DNA of 64,000 bases from an uncultured Candidatus Saccharibacteria bacterium (GCA_964469405.1 CAYXYP010000005.1:54-64053), one strand, 5' to 3'. Numbered from the stretch's first letter, positions 25,900 through 36,636 are shown. Notes: generated from the letters alone by a model not told the origin. Translations and numbers: made by a program.

Positions 25900-26984
25900 A
25901 GCGAGTGATGTGTTAGAAGTGCCGGATGGGTAGACAAATAACTATAGAGAGCTTCAGCGGCATAACGATTACCATCTGAATTCCAATGGTAATCGCATGG
26001 GTAATTACTTGCCCTGCCAGTAATCGCCTCTGCGGCTCTTGAGACCGGCACAAGATCGACATAGGAAAAATTATTACGCTTCGCAATTTCCGGCATATGA
26101 CGTGGGAATTCCTGTGCGGTTGATGTCGCTGCCGATGGACCCGTCCACGAAGCAAAGACGAACGGCGCACCGTTTTTTAGAACCAGCTTCGCATAGGTAC
26201 TTAGTATTTTTTCTTTCACCTGCCAACGCTCCTCTTCTGCTCGTAAGGCTACTTCTTTTGCTGCAGCCTCCGTTGTCGGAATAGACACAGCCGTTCCAGA
26301 AAATGGTGCGGAGAGAAAAGAATTCAGAGAGCTTCTAAAAATAAGAAAACGGTTATAGAGGTTCACGAGGAATTTTGAGTGTCGACTTATAGAGCGGAAA
26401 TACCCGACATTAGGGTTTTCGCCGCTCTTCGGTGTTTGGAGCAGAATATTCCCCTGCGCGTCATATGCGGGCATATCGATTGGATTTTGAGCTATAAGCT
26501 CATAGCCGCTTTCAATATTAATAACGAGATCAGGCGCAAGCATAGAGCCGTACTTGAGGTAATAGAACATATCAAGAAGTATTCGATTCATTCCCATAGC
26601 AATTGGAACGACTTCATAGGTATATGCTCGCTTGGGATTCGCATTCAGTTTTTCTTGAAGCAGCGTTGAGTGCATGTCCCGGACCGGTACTTGTATTGCC
26701 GAAACATACGAACTTCCCACTATCACAATCCTAAAGACTTCTTTTCCCTTCTCAAGTTGTACAGGAGGTCCGTGGAAACCCAGATTATTCACTTCCACCT
26801 TATTTTCGTAACAATCCCCCGCCGTCATAAATGAACTGTTTGGCTTGTACCTGGCAAGTCCTGTCACAGGATCAGTTGAAACCAGGTTGTAGTCATTCGG
26901 ATCCGTTATTTCTACAAGTGGCACAAATATGCAGACCGATACAAGTATGCCAGCGCCTACCGTCACATACTGTTTCAAATTCAT
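25896..26984 (-). CDS. Membrane-anchored SGNH-like acyltransferase/esterase (AlgJ/AlgX-like)
   Basis: N-terminal TM, NNLGFH, RIVIVGSSYV, DYHWNSDGN; coupled to the MBOAT gene. Confidence 0.75.
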   Translation of the reverse strand: MNLKQYVTVGAGILVSVCIFVPLVEITDPNDYNLVSTDPVTGLARYKPNSSFMTAGDCYENKVEVNNLGFHGPPVQLEKGKEVFRIVIVGSSYVSAIQVPVRDMHSTLLQEKLNANPKRAYTYEVVPIAMGMNRILLDMFYYLKYGSMLAPDLVINIESGYELIAQNPIDMPAYDAQGNILLQTPKSGENPNVGYFRSISRHSKFLVNLYNRFLIFRSSLNSFLSAPFSGTAVSIPTTEAAAKEVALRAEEERWQVKEKILSTYAKLVLKNGAPFVFASWTGPSAATSTAQEFPRHMPEIAKRNNFSYVDLVPVSRAAEAITGRASNYPCDYHWNSDGNRYAAEALYSYLSTHPALLTHHSL

Positions 26985-26992
26985 ATAGGCTT

Positions 26993-28768
26993 CTATTTCA
27001 CTTTATGAACTCCGTGGTATTTTGAAAAATAAGAGTTTGGCCGTTCCGCAAGCTCGTGTGGCGTTCCCTCTTCGATAATATTCCCGTGGTCGAGCACCAA
27101 TAAACGATCGGCGTGCTCAATGGTGCTCAGTCGGTGCGCAATAATGAAGACCGTCACGGAGCCGTGGAGTGCACGAATGGATTCTTGTATGAGCTTCTCC
27201 GATGCTGAATCGAGCGCACTTGTCGCTTCATCGAGTATGAGAAGCGCAGGCGAGCCCGCAAGCGCCCGTGCGAGTGCGATACGTTGGCGCTGCCCGCCCG
27301 AGAGCATAACGCCTCTATCGCCGGTCTTCGTTTCGAACTTTTCGGGTAGCCCCATGATGAAGTCATAGATACTAGCCTGTTTCGCCGCCGCCACAATGTC
27401 CTTGTCTGAGAGTTCGGGCCGATAAAAACGGATGTTCTCTTCAAGGGTGCCATTGAAGAGAAAAACATCCTGCGCGACATATCCGACATTTTTTCTCCAT
27501 TTTTCAATATCAATTTCATCTGCTTTAATCCCGTCAAGAAATACGCTGCCACTAGTAGGACGAAACAGGCGCAAAATAATATCGGCAACTGAAGTCTTTC
27601 CTGCTCCCGATGGACCGATGAGCCCAATAGTCTCCCCTCGCGCAATTGAGAACGACACGTCCGTGAGAACTGGCTGCGACCCAGCATACGCGAACGAGAC
27701 GTGGTCGAATACCAGCGAATTACTAAACACAAATGGACTCTTCCCTTGTCCGGTCTGTTCGCGATGCTCGGCAAGCATGTTCTTAAAGTTTGAAATATTT
27801 TGTGCGTAGGGTAACAATTGACTTATAGCAAGAAGCGCATTCTGTCCGGACTCAAGATAGGTGAATATTTTTTGAATAAGGTATAGTGCCGCTGCAAAAG
27901 ATATGATACTGAAGCCAGGCGTGTTGTAGGTCAGTACGAAAAGAATGACAACAAGAACAAGGCTGGCTGGCTGGAATAAACTCGAGCTTACAGAGTGGAC
28001 AAGTGCCTGCCGTATGGAGAGCTCCCGCAACAAACGTATGTGCGTAGTACCACCGACAAGCGCGACATGCTCCGCACCGGCGGCTTTGATAGACTTCATG
28101 CCGATAATATGTTCGCTCAAGAATTGCGAGAATTGTTTCTCCAAGCTCGTTATTTTTTCGCTAATATTTCGTGTACGACGGAGAAGTGGCCGCACTACAA
28201 AGAGAACAACGACACCCCCACCGAGTGTATAAAATGTCATGGTCGGCGATATATTTATTGCCACCAAGAGATACATTAGAAATCCGCTGAAAGATTGTAC
28301 AAGTTGTGCGACTCCTCCAAGAACTCCACCCGTTTGTTGAATATCCCGCACCAGAGTGTTGTGCATGGTACCTATCTTCTGTTTCAATAAAAACGGCCAT
28401 GAAGAAAGAAGGGTGTGACGCAACACCTCTTCGCTCTCTTTACCAAGAAAGTCGGCACCTATCCATCCACGAATATAGCCGAACACCACCATCGACACGG
28501 CACGCAGTATGAAAAGCCCAAGAATGAAGCCGAGTAAGTACCGGAAACTAAAAGGTATATGAAGAAAACCAAACAGTGTTTGAATTGCATGCGTAATAAA
28601 ATCCGTCGGCCCGCCACTAGCGCCGTTGAAAAATGATATGAGTGGTATAACGGCATTGATTCCAATACCTTCCAATATGGCACTCAGGAAGCCAAACATC
28701 ACCAACGCTATAATGTGCCAACGGTATTGACTGAATATGTGCCAGAGTGTCGCAAAAGCGTTCTTCAT
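26993..28768 (-). CDS. ABC transporter fused TMD-NBD (PglK/MsbA-like glycan flippase)
   Basis: GPSGAGKT, LSGGQRQRIALARAL, LILDEATSALD, IAHRLST; N-terminal TM domain. Confidence 0.9.
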   Translation of the reverse strand: MKNAFATLWHIFSQYRWHIIALVMFGFLSAILEGIGINAVIPLISFFNGASGGPTDFITHAIQTLFGFLHIPFSFRYLLGFILGLFILRAVSMVVFGYIRGWIGADFLGKESEEVLRHTLLSSWPFLLKQKIGTMHNTLVRDIQQTGGVLGGVAQLVQSFSGFLMYLLVAINISPTMTFYTLGGGVVVLFVVRPLLRRTRNISEKITSLEKQFSQFLSEHIIGMKSIKAAGAEHVALVGGTTHIRLLRELSIRQALVHSVSSSLFQPASLVLVVILFVLTYNTPGFSIISFAAALYLIQKIFTYLESGQNALLAISQLLPYAQNISNFKNMLAEHREQTGQGKSPFVFSNSLVFDHVSFAYAGSQPVLTDVSFSIARGETIGLIGPSGAGKTSVADIILRLFRPTSGSVFLDGIKADEIDIEKWRKNVGYVAQDVFLFNGTLEENIRFYRPELSDKDIVAAAKQASIYDFIMGLPEKFETKTGDRGVMLSGGQRQRIALARALAGSPALLILDEATSALDSASEKLIQESIRALHGSVTVFIIAHRLSTIEHADRLLVLDHGNIIEEGTPHELAERPNSYFSKYHGVHKVK

Positions 28769-28852
28769 GAATTGGTCCTAACTATAACCTGTATAAGTCA
28801 CCAAAAGCTACCACTTCGCTTTTTCTCTATGAAATCGATCATTCTGTGAGAA

Positions 28853-29791
28853 TTACCGCCGGATGGAAGCTTTGCGCGAACCAGGATAACTCGACTGTTT
28901 ATATTTGTAATCCGGCACGAGCTGTTGCGAGGTGATGATATACATACTCGAAGTCTCAAGCATATGCGAGCACTCCTCTTTGGTAAAAAGTTCTTCGTCG
29001 AGCTTCTCACCTGGACGAAGCCCGGTAAACGTTATCGCGATCTTCTTGCCGTTACCGAACTTCTCGATGAGTTCGCGAGCGAAGTCGACAATGAGGCGTT
29101 CCTTCATCTTAAGTACAAATATCTCTCCCCCGCGCATTATCCGTGCAGCCTCAAAAATAAGACCGGCAGCTTCGGGTATCTCCATGAAAAAACGACTCAC
29201 CCGCTTGTGGGTGATGGTCACTGGACCTCCTTCCTCTATCTGGCGCCGCCATAGATGCATGACTGAACCGCGCGAACCTACTACATTACCGAAGCGCACA
29301 CACGAGAAGCGCGTGCGGGAGCGCCCCACCGTGAGATTCGCAGCCGCGATAAGACGTTCCGCCATAAGTTTAGAAGCCCCCAGAACTGATTCAGGGCTCA
29401 CGGCTTTGTCGGTCGAGACGGCGATAACTTTCTCAAGATTATTCTTGATAGCGACATCAATCACATTCTGCGTGCCAATAGTATTCGTTTTGAGCGCTTC
29501 GAAAGGATTGTATTCACAAAATGATACGTGTTTGAGCGCCGCTGCATGGAAGCAAATGTCTACGTCTCTAAAGGCGAAATCCAGCCGATCCTTGTCACGC
29601 ACATCACCGATAAGAAATGTGAGGCGCGGGTCTGCTCCGAGCTCTTGACGCAACTCATGCTGTTTGTGCTCATCACGGCTATAGATACGTATTTTTGAAA
29701 CAGTTGTTTTGAGTAGTTGGCGCACAATCTCAGAACCGATAGAACCGGTTCCTCCCGTTACGATAACGTCCTTATTTTTGAATTCTTTCAT
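28853..29791 (-). CDS. UDP-GlcNAc 4,6-dehydratase-type SDR (PseB/PglF/CapD family)
   Basis: TGGTGSIG, FHAAALKHV, STDKAV, RFGNVVGSRGSV, GLRPGEKL. Confidence 0.88.
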   Translation of the reverse strand: MKEFKNKDVIVTGGTGSIGSEIVRQLLKTTVSKIRIYSRDEHKQHELRQELGADPRLTFLIGDVRDKDRLDFAFRDVDICFHAAALKHVSFCEYNPFEALKTNTIGTQNVIDVAIKNNLEKVIAVSTDKAVSPESVLGASKLMAERLIAAANLTVGRSRTRFSCVRFGNVVGSRGSVMHLWRRQIEEGGPVTITHKRVSRFFMEIPEAAGLIFEAARIMRGGEIFVLKMKERLIVDFARELIEKFGNGKKIAITFTGLRPGEKLDEELFTKEECSHMLETSSMYIITSQQLVPDYKYKQSSYPGSRKASIRR

Positions 29792-30908
29792 GTTCCTGAA
29801 GTGTCGCGTCTAAAATTTTTACTATATTTTTTACATCTTGTCTAGTGAGCCCAATATAGAACGGAAGCGCGAGCGCAGAAGAACTCTTTCTCTCTGATAG
29901 AGGGAAATTCCCTTCGGCGTACCCGAAACGATCTTGATAGAATGAGAAGAGATGTATAGACGGCAAATACGGCTTACTGCTTACTCCTTTTTTCGCTAAA
30001 TCTTGTATGACGTTATCACGCGATGTGTTCGCGTTTCTAATCTGCACCACGTAGACAAACCATGTGTGAGTCGCCTCGGGTGAGATGCGGGGAATTTCCA
30101 CCAATGAATCTAACCGTTCTAATTCTTTTGCATACCAGCTGGCAATCTCTTGACGTTTTTTTATAAGAAAATTCATCTTCTCTATTTGTGCCAAACCTAC
30201 CGCAGCACTCATTTCATCCATGCGATAGTTGTATCCCAAGTATTGGTGATCGAGCCATTGCATGTTGGACGACCGTCCTTGGTTGCGCAAACTTCGACAC
30301 ATCTCATCAACAGACTTGTCGTTGGTGACAATCATGCCACCCTCCCCCGTTGTCATTTGTTTGTTTGCATAGAACGCAAAAACGCCTGACTGCCCGAATG
30401 TTCCTGCCATCTTTCCTTTGTACGTCGCACCGAGAGACTCACAGGCATCTTCGACTACGACAAGATTATGTTTCTTTGCGATTTTCATAATGGTCCCCAT
30501 ATCGGCAGGTTGCCCAAAAATATGTACGGGCAAAATCGCTTTTGTCTTTTTTGTTATAGCTTTTTCAATTTCTTTCGGATCTATATTGCCAGTCCTAGGA
30601 TCAATATCGACGAATACAGGCTTGGCACCGACATACAGAATCGCGTTCGCAGAGGCTATGAATGAGAATGGAGACGTTATGACCTCATCGCCTTCCTTTA
30701 TTCCTGCAGCAATGAGTGCGAGATGTAGTCCTGCCGTACCACTCGAAACGGCACAGGCGTATTTGGTACCAGTAAATTGTGCGAATTTCTTTTCAAATGC
30801 TTGTATCTTAGGACCAATACTGAGAACGCCGGAGCGCAATACTTCCAGAACGTATTTCTCCTCTTTTTTGCCAATATGAGGCCGCGCCATTTGATATGAT
30901 TTTTTCAT
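29772..30908 (-). CDS. DegT/DnrJ/EryC1/StrS sugar aminotransferase
   Basis: SSGTAGLH, VHIFGQ, EDACE, FYANKQMTTGEGG (PLP Lys), GYNYRM. Confidence 0.92.
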   Translation of the reverse strand: MKKSYQMARPHIGKKEEKYVLEVLRSGVLSIGPKIQAFEKKFAQFTGTKYACAVSSGTAGLHLALIAAGIKEGDEVITSPFSFIASANAILYVGAKPVFVDIDPRTGNIDPKEIEKAITKKTKAILPVHIFGQPADMGTIMKIAKKHNLVVVEDACESLGATYKGKMAGTFGQSGVFAFYANKQMTTGEGGMIVTNDKSVDEMCRSLRNQGRSSNMQWLDHQYLGYNYRMDEMSAAVGLAQIEKMNFLIKKRQEIASWYAKELERLDSLVEIPRISPEATHTWFVYVVQIRNANTSRDNVIQDLAKKGVSSKPYLPSIHLFSFYQDRFGYAEGNFPLSERKSSSALALPFYIGLTRQDVKNIVKILDATLQEHERIQK

Positions 30909-30963
30909 GGCATACAGAATATTGAATTATACCACTATAACCTCGCATTGATAAGTTTGGTTA

Positions 30964-31740
30964 CTAATTCTTGCCCTCTTCTATATGCACTTGAATGCTG
31001 TATTTTTTACCGTCGACGATAATGTATGCAGCTTCGGCAATACTGTTTGTCGTAAGAGCACGCAGTTTGTCTATAATCTCCCGAGCAGGGTATGTTTTAT
31101 TGAGATCAATCTCTTGAATTCCTGCCATATCACTCTTTTTATGACTCGTCATCTTCGTGTGATCTTGTGGGGTAGGAATATAGGTACCGGATACCAAGCG
31201 AGACCAGAAATCTACAAATACATCATACTCAAGCGCGAGGGCTTTTTGATACAGAGAATTCGCTGTGTCGGTTTGGTCAATCGCCAATTTTTTTTGTGCG
31301 AGTATGTCTCCCTGGTCAAGCTGCTCCTTCATGAAGTGCAGCGTCGCACCATAGGGAGTGCCGTCGATAATTGCCCAGCTCGGCGTATGCCAACCGCGGT
31401 TATACGGTAAATACGCGGGATGCAAGTTCAAAAAACCTCTGTGCGGAATCTCAAGTACTTCTTTTGGGATGATGTAGGGGTAATGAATCCCAATAATATA
31501 GTCTGGGTCTATCTTGCGCAGGAGTGCTACAGACTCCGCACTCCGGAAGTCTTTACCCACAATAATTCGTGCTGATGGAAGAAAGTTGCATAAAGACTTG
31601 AGTTCTTCCGCATGTGAAGCCTCCGGACCATCTGCCACGAGTAGAGCCTCGGGCTTGCAACCATGTGCAAACATAAATTGTAGTATTTTAACTGAGAGTG
31701 CACGATCACCGGCAAATACAATTTTTGGAAAGGGAGTCAT
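30964..31740 (-). CDS. Sugar N-formyltransferase
   Basis: NLHPAYLPYNRG, GATLHFM...DQGDIL; start placed at ATG 31740 (MTPFPK). Confidence 0.85.
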   Translation of the reverse strand: MTPFPKIVFAGDRALSVKILQFMFAHGCKPEALLVADGPEASHAEELKSLCNFLPSARIIVGKDFRSAESVALLRKIDPDYIIGIHYPYIIPKEVLEIPHRGFLNLHPAYLPYNRGWHTPSWAIIDGTPYGATLHFMKEQLDQGDILAQKKLAIDQTDTANSLYQKALALEYDVFVDFWSRLVSGTYIPTPQDHTKMTSHKKSDMAGIQEIDLNKTYPAREIIDKLRALTTNSIAEAAYIIVDGKKYSIQVHIEEGKN

Positions 31741-31750
31741 ATATTCGAAA

Positions 31751-32896
31751 TCATGCGTCGTTAAATTCTTTATATCGCAGGCGTGGATGATTGAGGAGAC
31801 GCTCGAGAAGAGCAACAATTTTTTTGCCCACGCCTCCTTTGCCGTACGGGCTTTTTGCTTTCTTCGTCATCTTCACAAAGTCCGGGGAAAGGACTTTCTG
31901 CATCCCTTTGCAAATGTTTGTCGCATCATAGTCGGCTTCGAGCACATTTGACCCGCGTTCACGGTCGCGCTGACGACCGCCAATCGAGAGTATCGGGATG
32001 TGAAGGGCTCCGGACTCGATAATGCCAGCGCTTGAATTCCCCACCATGCATGCAGCTTGTTTAAACACATTAAGAAATGTCTCACGCTCAAAGGTACGGA
32101 AAAGATGGAAGCGATCCTTCCTTTCCATCTTTTCAAATTCCTCAATAAAGGCAGCGGAGCCAGTGTCCGAGTTCGGATAGACCACTATTTTTTCATCGTC
32201 TTTGTACTCAGTCCCAAGAACATACAGAAGCGGCTTGACCTGCTCTTTAAGAGGTATCGGATCAGTAACGGTAGGATGATGCACTACGAGGATCCATCGA
32301 CGTGTAGGATCAAGTTTGAGTTTTTTTGCAACTGCCGCACGCGATGAGTATCGCATAGAGAGTATCTCATCGAAACCAGGAGCACCCACCACATGCACGC
32401 GCCATGGTTCTTCACCGAGCTGGCGCACGCGCCGTCCACTTGAAGGACAGATGGTGAAATGCAGGTTTGAGAATTTAGTGAGTGCATGCCGGGTTGGTTC
32501 GTCAATCACGAACCCCGAACGATCGCCGCCATGGATGTGCGCAATGGGGATATTGAGATGCGCCGCCGCCATGGCGGCGGCAAGCGGCTCATCGCGATCG
32601 CCGAGCACAAGGACGCAATCCGGTCGCGAGTGCATTAGAAAATCCCCGATGCCTTTCGTTTCTTTTGCAAGAGATTGGTACTGTTCGTCTTTCTCACTTA
32701 CGGGCACGGTCGCGACCACTGGGTAGCCGTCTTTTTTTACTTCTGTCTGCGTGTTGCCATATTTTTTTAGCGTATGCATCCCGGTAACCAAAACCGAGAG
32801 TGAAAAACATTTACTCTTCAGGAGCTCGTCCATCGTGGAGCGAAGCAGGCCGTATTCCGCCCGCGTACCAGTCACTACTAAAATCTTTTTTTTCAT
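31751..32896 (-). CDS. neuC: Hydrolysing NDP-HexNAc 2-epimerase (NeuC/LegG family)
   Basis: MKKKILVVTGTRAEYGLL, GDRDE, HIHGGD, RHALTK, GNSSAGIIE, GGRQRDRE; start ATG 32896. Confidence 0.92.
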   Translation of the reverse strand: MKKKILVVTGTRAEYGLLRSTMDELLKSKCFSLSVLVTGMHTLKKYGNTQTEVKKDGYPVVATVPVSEKDEQYQSLAKETKGIGDFLMHSRPDCVLVLGDRDEPLAAAMAAAHLNIPIAHIHGGDRSGFVIDEPTRHALTKFSNLHFTICPSSGRRVRQLGEEPWRVHVVGAPGFDEILSMRYSSRAAVAKKLKLDPTRRWILVVHHPTVTDPIPLKEQVKPLLYVLGTEYKDDEKIVVYPNSDTGSAAFIEEFEKMERKDRFHLFRTFERETFLNVFKQAACMVGNSSAGIIESGALHIPILSIGGRQRDRERGSNVLEADYDATNICKGMQKVLSPDFVKMTKKAKSPYGKGGVGKKIVALLERLLNHPRLRYKEFNDA

Positions 32897-32897
32897 A

Positions 32898-33947
32898 TTA
32901 TGAAACGAACATCTCCCACTGTAAGGGCGTACCGCGAGGAATAATTTGTTTTGAAGTCTTGCCGATGACTTCATCAAAGTGTTTTGGAGCGATGCCCGTA
33001 CCCGGTCGTACAATGTAAACATCCTCGGATACTACGCGTACGCCTTCCGCGATATCGCGATGTGCGACTACGCTCTTGCGTGCGACACGAGCCGTATCAA
33101 GTTCTCCCTCAGTCGGTTTCTTTTCGGGCGAGCCGAGTGATTGCTCAACCATTCGAATGCAACGTATCATTTCTTTGAGTTCATTTGGCTCAAGTGACAT
33201 GACATGATCGGGTCCAGGCAATGTACGATCAAGAGTAAAATGTTTTTCTATTAGTTGCGCACCGAGGGCAACCGCTGCAATTGCGACGCATACACCTTCG
33301 CTGTGGTCAGAAAGACCGGTTGGAAGACCGAATTCGCTCGCGAGCGTCTGCATTGCACGCAAGTTGATATCAGCAGGCGGAGTTGGGTACTCGGAGGTAC
33401 AGTGGAATAGGGCAATTCCCGTCGCACCATTTTCTGTAAGGACGCTGAGTGCTTCGCGAACTTCTTCAAGCGTCCCCATACCAGTTGAGAGAATGACTGG
33501 TTTCCCTTTTTTCGCGATATGAGCAAGGAACGGCTGGTTCGTAAGTTCACCCGAAGGAATTTTGTACGCCGCAATATCAAGTGTTTCCAAAAAATCGGCG
33601 TCCGAGATGCTGAACGGTGTCGAGAGAAAAATTAATCCCTTTTTTTCTGCATATTTTTTAAGTGCTGCATGTTCTTTGCGTGGAAGCACCAGCCCGCGGA
33701 GCATGGCGATCTGACTCTCTTCTTTGCCAGTGTTCGTCGCCTGATACGCCGCTTGCGGCGCAACATCACTCACAATCTCTTCGGGTGTAAATGTTTGAAA
33801 CTTAACCGCATCCGCGCCAGCATCAGCCGCCACGTCTATGAGCTTGCGCGCGAGAACCATATCGCCATTATGGTTTACTCCTGCCTCTGCGATGATAAAG
33901 ATAGGATTATCCTTTCTTATTATTTTTTTTCCAATCTGTATTTCCAT
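32898..33947 (-). CDS. neuB: Nonulosonic acid synthase with SAF domain (NeuB/LegI family)
   Basis: IIAEAGVNHNGD, ADAVKFQ, YKIPSGE, LSTGM, HCTSEYP, GLSDHS, IEKHFTLD, GPDH, RPGTGI. Confidence 0.95.
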   Translation of the reverse strand: MEIQIGKKIIRKDNPIFIIAEAGVNHNGDMVLARKLIDVAADAGADAVKFQTFTPEEIVSDVAPQAAYQATNTGKEESQIAMLRGLVLPRKEHAALKKYAEKKGLIFLSTPFSISDADFLETLDIAAYKIPSGELTNQPFLAHIAKKGKPVILSTGMGTLEEVREALSVLTENGATGIALFHCTSEYPTPPADINLRAMQTLASEFGLPTGLSDHSEGVCVAIAAVALGAQLIEKHFTLDRTLPGPDHVMSLEPNELKEMIRCIRMVEQSLGSPEKKPTEGELDTARVARKSVVAHRDIAEGVRVVSEDVYIVRPGTGIAPKHFDEVIGKTSKQIIPRGTPLQWEMFVS

Positions 33948-33950
33948 GAA

Positions 33951-34694
33951 CTACAGCGTCCAACCGCCATCGATGAGAAGATTCTGGCCCGTCATCATCT
34001 CTGATGCGTCGGAAGCAAGGAACACTACTGCCCCACTAATATGCTTGGGACTGAGTAGTCCTTTGCCCAAAAAAAGACGTCTGCTGTAGGCATCGATAAA
34101 TGACTGTGGGTAATTCCCCATGATGCCTCCCGGAGAGACCGCATTCACACGAACATTGTGGGATCCAAGCAATGCGGCAAAATAACGCACAAGAGACAGT
34201 GTGCCGCCCTTTGCTGCAGCATATTCTGCGGGCGTGGTCATATTCGTCCCCTCGTATATTTCAAGACGTGGTGCCGCCACACCGTATATTGAGCCAAGAA
34301 ACACAAGTGATCCGCTTTTTTGCCCTTTCAGCAATGGGAGAAACCCGCGCACGACAGTCATACATGTTTTAATGTGCATCGTGGTATTTTCAAGCATTTC
34401 GTCAAGGTCACCATCTTCGAATTTTTTACCGTAGTTCGCAGTCTTCGGATATGTCGCATTAATGACCACGTCAGCACGACCAAATTGCTCGCGTACTTTA
34501 TCCGCAAGGGCTTTAACCTCTTCTTCGCTCGTGGCATCGCACTTGATAAAAGCCACCCCTTCTGGAAGAAATGAGGACTCCTTGACGTCCGCCGACACAA
34601 CACGAGCGCCCTCTTCCGCACATGCGCGTACGAACTCCGAGCCGAGGAGCCCACCCCCGCCCATAACAACCACAATCTTGTTCGATAGAGTCAT
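33951..34694 (-). CDS. SDR oxidoreductase (PtmA-like)
   Basis: GGGGLLG, GSIYG, YAAAKGG, VNAVSPGGI, TGQNLLIDGGW. Confidence 0.85.
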   Translation of the reverse strand: MTLSNKIVVVMGGGGLLGSEFVRACAEEGARVVSADVKESSFLPEGVAFIKCDATSEEEVKALADKVREQFGRADVVINATYPKTANYGKKFEDGDLDEMLENTTMHIKTCMTVVRGFLPLLKGQKSGSLVFLGSIYGVAAPRLEIYEGTNMTTPAEYAAAKGGTLSLVRYFAALLGSHNVRVNAVSPGGIMGNYPQSFIDAYSRRLFLGKGLLSPKHISGAVVFLASDASEMMTGQNLLIDGGWTL

Positions 34695-34715
34695 ATGTGA
34701 GATTATGTTAGCATA

Positions 34716-35411
34716 ATGAGCGACCTCAACATACTCGCTATCATCCCGGCTCGCGGAGGCTCAAAAAGACTTCCTGGGAAAAATATTAAATCGCTCTTGG
34801 GTAAACCACTCATCGCCTGGACCATCGAGCAGACAAAGAAAAGCTTATTGATTAACACGGTAATCGTTAATACAGATTCTCCCCAGATAGCGAAGGTTTC
34901 AAAACTATATGGTGCCGATACTCCCTTTGTAAGGCCGGCTCGCCTAGCCACGGATACGGCCGCAAGTGCCGATATGGTTTTGCATACATTGAAATTTTAT
35001 GCCGATCATGGCGTATCATTCGACATTGTCGTTTTATTGGAACCGACCTCGCCGCTTCGTGCCGATGATGATATCGATAAAGCACTTGCCTCATTAATTA
35101 AAAACTTCGCTACTATGGACGGTCTTGTTAGTGTGGGCGCTGTTCACTTGGAAAAACCAGATATTCTTAAGAAAGTCGACCACGGCATCGTTGCCCCACT
35201 ATTCAAGAAATCCTCATCAGAGGGATTTTTTCCCTACGGCGTCATATACGCAGTAAAAACGCAGGCTTTCAAGAAGCATCCTACTTTTTACCAAAAGAAA
35301 ACACTTGCTTACCCTATTGAACGTTGGCAAAATTATGAGATTGATGACATCTACGACTTTCTTTGCGTTGAGGCCGTTTTGAAAAACCGTCTCGCATTGA
35401 AAGATACGTAG
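34716..35411 (+). CDS. neuA: Acylneuraminate cytidylyltransferase (CMP-nonulosonate synthetase)
   Basis: IIPARGGSKRLPGKNIK, RPARLATD, LEPTSPLR, EIDDIYDF. Confidence 0.93.
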   Translation: MSDLNILAIIPARGGSKRLPGKNIKSLLGKPLIAWTIEQTKKSLLINTVIVNTDSPQIAKVSKLYGADTPFVRPARLATDTAASADMVLHTLKFYADHGVSFDIVVLLEPTSPLRADDDIDKALASLIKNFATMDGLVSVGAVHLEKPDILKKVDHGIVAPLFKKSSSEGFFPYGVIYAVKTQAFKKHPTFYQKKTLAYPIERWQNYEIDDIYDFLCVEAVLKNRLALKDT

Positions 35412-35458
35412 GCCGCACTGCATTTGCAAAAACTATTTTTCGAGTTTACACTTCACGG

Positions 35459-36436
35459 ATGAAATTTCTCTTGATTGGCCTCGGCTCGATGGGTAAACGG
35501 CGGATACGCAATCTGCAGTATCTCAAAGCAAAACACATCGTAGGATTTGACACCCGTTTTGATAGGCGAAATGAAGCTGAGAGAAAGTACGGGATTACGA
35601 CGGTTGATGACTTACGTAAGCTGAAGATGGACGATTTCGACGCGATTGTCATTTCCACACCACCGGACAAACACAGTGTCTATATAGCATTAGCTATCAA
35701 GCATTCGAAGCCCGCTTTTGTTGAGGCAAGCGTCGTTCTTGGAGATCTGGAGAAATTAAACCGAGCTGCCGCAAAGAAGAAAATCTTTATTGCGCCGTCA
35801 TGTACACTCCGATTCCTTCCTTCGATTCAAACAATAAAAGGGCTTGTTCATGGTGGAAAATATGGGAAGGTTACGAACTTTAGTTATCACTGTGGGCTAT
35901 ATTTGCCAGACTGGCATCCGTGGGAAAAAGTCACCGACTATTATGTAAGCAAAAAGGAGACGGGTGCGGCGCGGGAGATTGTTCCATTTGAGTTGACATG
36001 GCTGTGCGACATCGTCGGCACTCCAAAAAGAGTTACGGCATATCGCGCAAGCACAATGAATGTAGGAGCGCCAATTGACGACACGTACGCCATTGCTATG
36101 GATTTTGGAAACTTCCTCGGCACTATGGTCGTAGACGTCGTTTCGCGCTATGGAATTCGCACTTTGTTACTAAACATGGAACACGGACAGGTCATGTGGC
36201 GCTGGGACGAGGATTTCGTAAAGTTATACGATTCACGAAGCAAACGATGGACACAGCTTCGACAAAGCAGAAGAGAAAGTGCGCCTGGGTATAACAAAAA
36301 CATACCTGAATATATGTATATTGAGGAAATGCGGACATTTATAGCAGCCACTAAAGGAAAAAAGGACTTCCCGAACACACTTCGGGATGACATTGGTATC
36401 CTCAAGTCCTTGATCGCGATGGAAAAAACGAAGTAA
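35459..36436 (+). CDS. Gfo/Idh/MocA oxidoreductase
   Basis: IGLGSMGKR, ISTPPDKH, YLPDWHPWE. Confidence 0.85.
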   Translation: MKFLLIGLGSMGKRRIRNLQYLKAKHIVGFDTRFDRRNEAERKYGITTVDDLRKLKMDDFDAIVISTPPDKHSVYIALAIKHSKPAFVEASVVLGDLEKLNRAAAKKKIFIAPSCTLRFLPSIQTIKGLVHGGKYGKVTNFSYHCGLYLPDWHPWEKVTDYYVSKKETGAAREIVPFELTWLCDIVGTPKRVTAYRASTMNVGAPIDDTYAIAMDFGNFLGTMVVDVVSRYGIRTLLLNMEHGQVMWRWDEDFVKLYDSRSKRWTQLRQSRRESAPGYNKNIPEYMYIEEMRTFIAATKGKKDFPNTLRDDIGILKSLIAMEKTK

Positions 36437-36636
36437 ATTAATCTCGTTCTGTTTCTCGCTTATTCAACCGCTCGAAATCGCTATAAGCTACTCTACAAAA
36501 ATCGTACGGCACTTAAAAAGTACTATCAAAGATTTTTCCTAATACAAAAAAGTTGTTAGCTGCAGTGATTGAAAGATATTGCGTGGGGGGGGATACAATG
36601 AAGCTCTTAACCGACTCTTTATAAGTATATAATTTC

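Noticed and set aside
30964-33022. Long N-terminal extensions in the ORF track (31818, 33022; likewise 23508, 58869, 61931, 62473)
   Set aside because: They mostly overlap neighbouring genes; family motifs begin at the downstream ATGs used in the feature list
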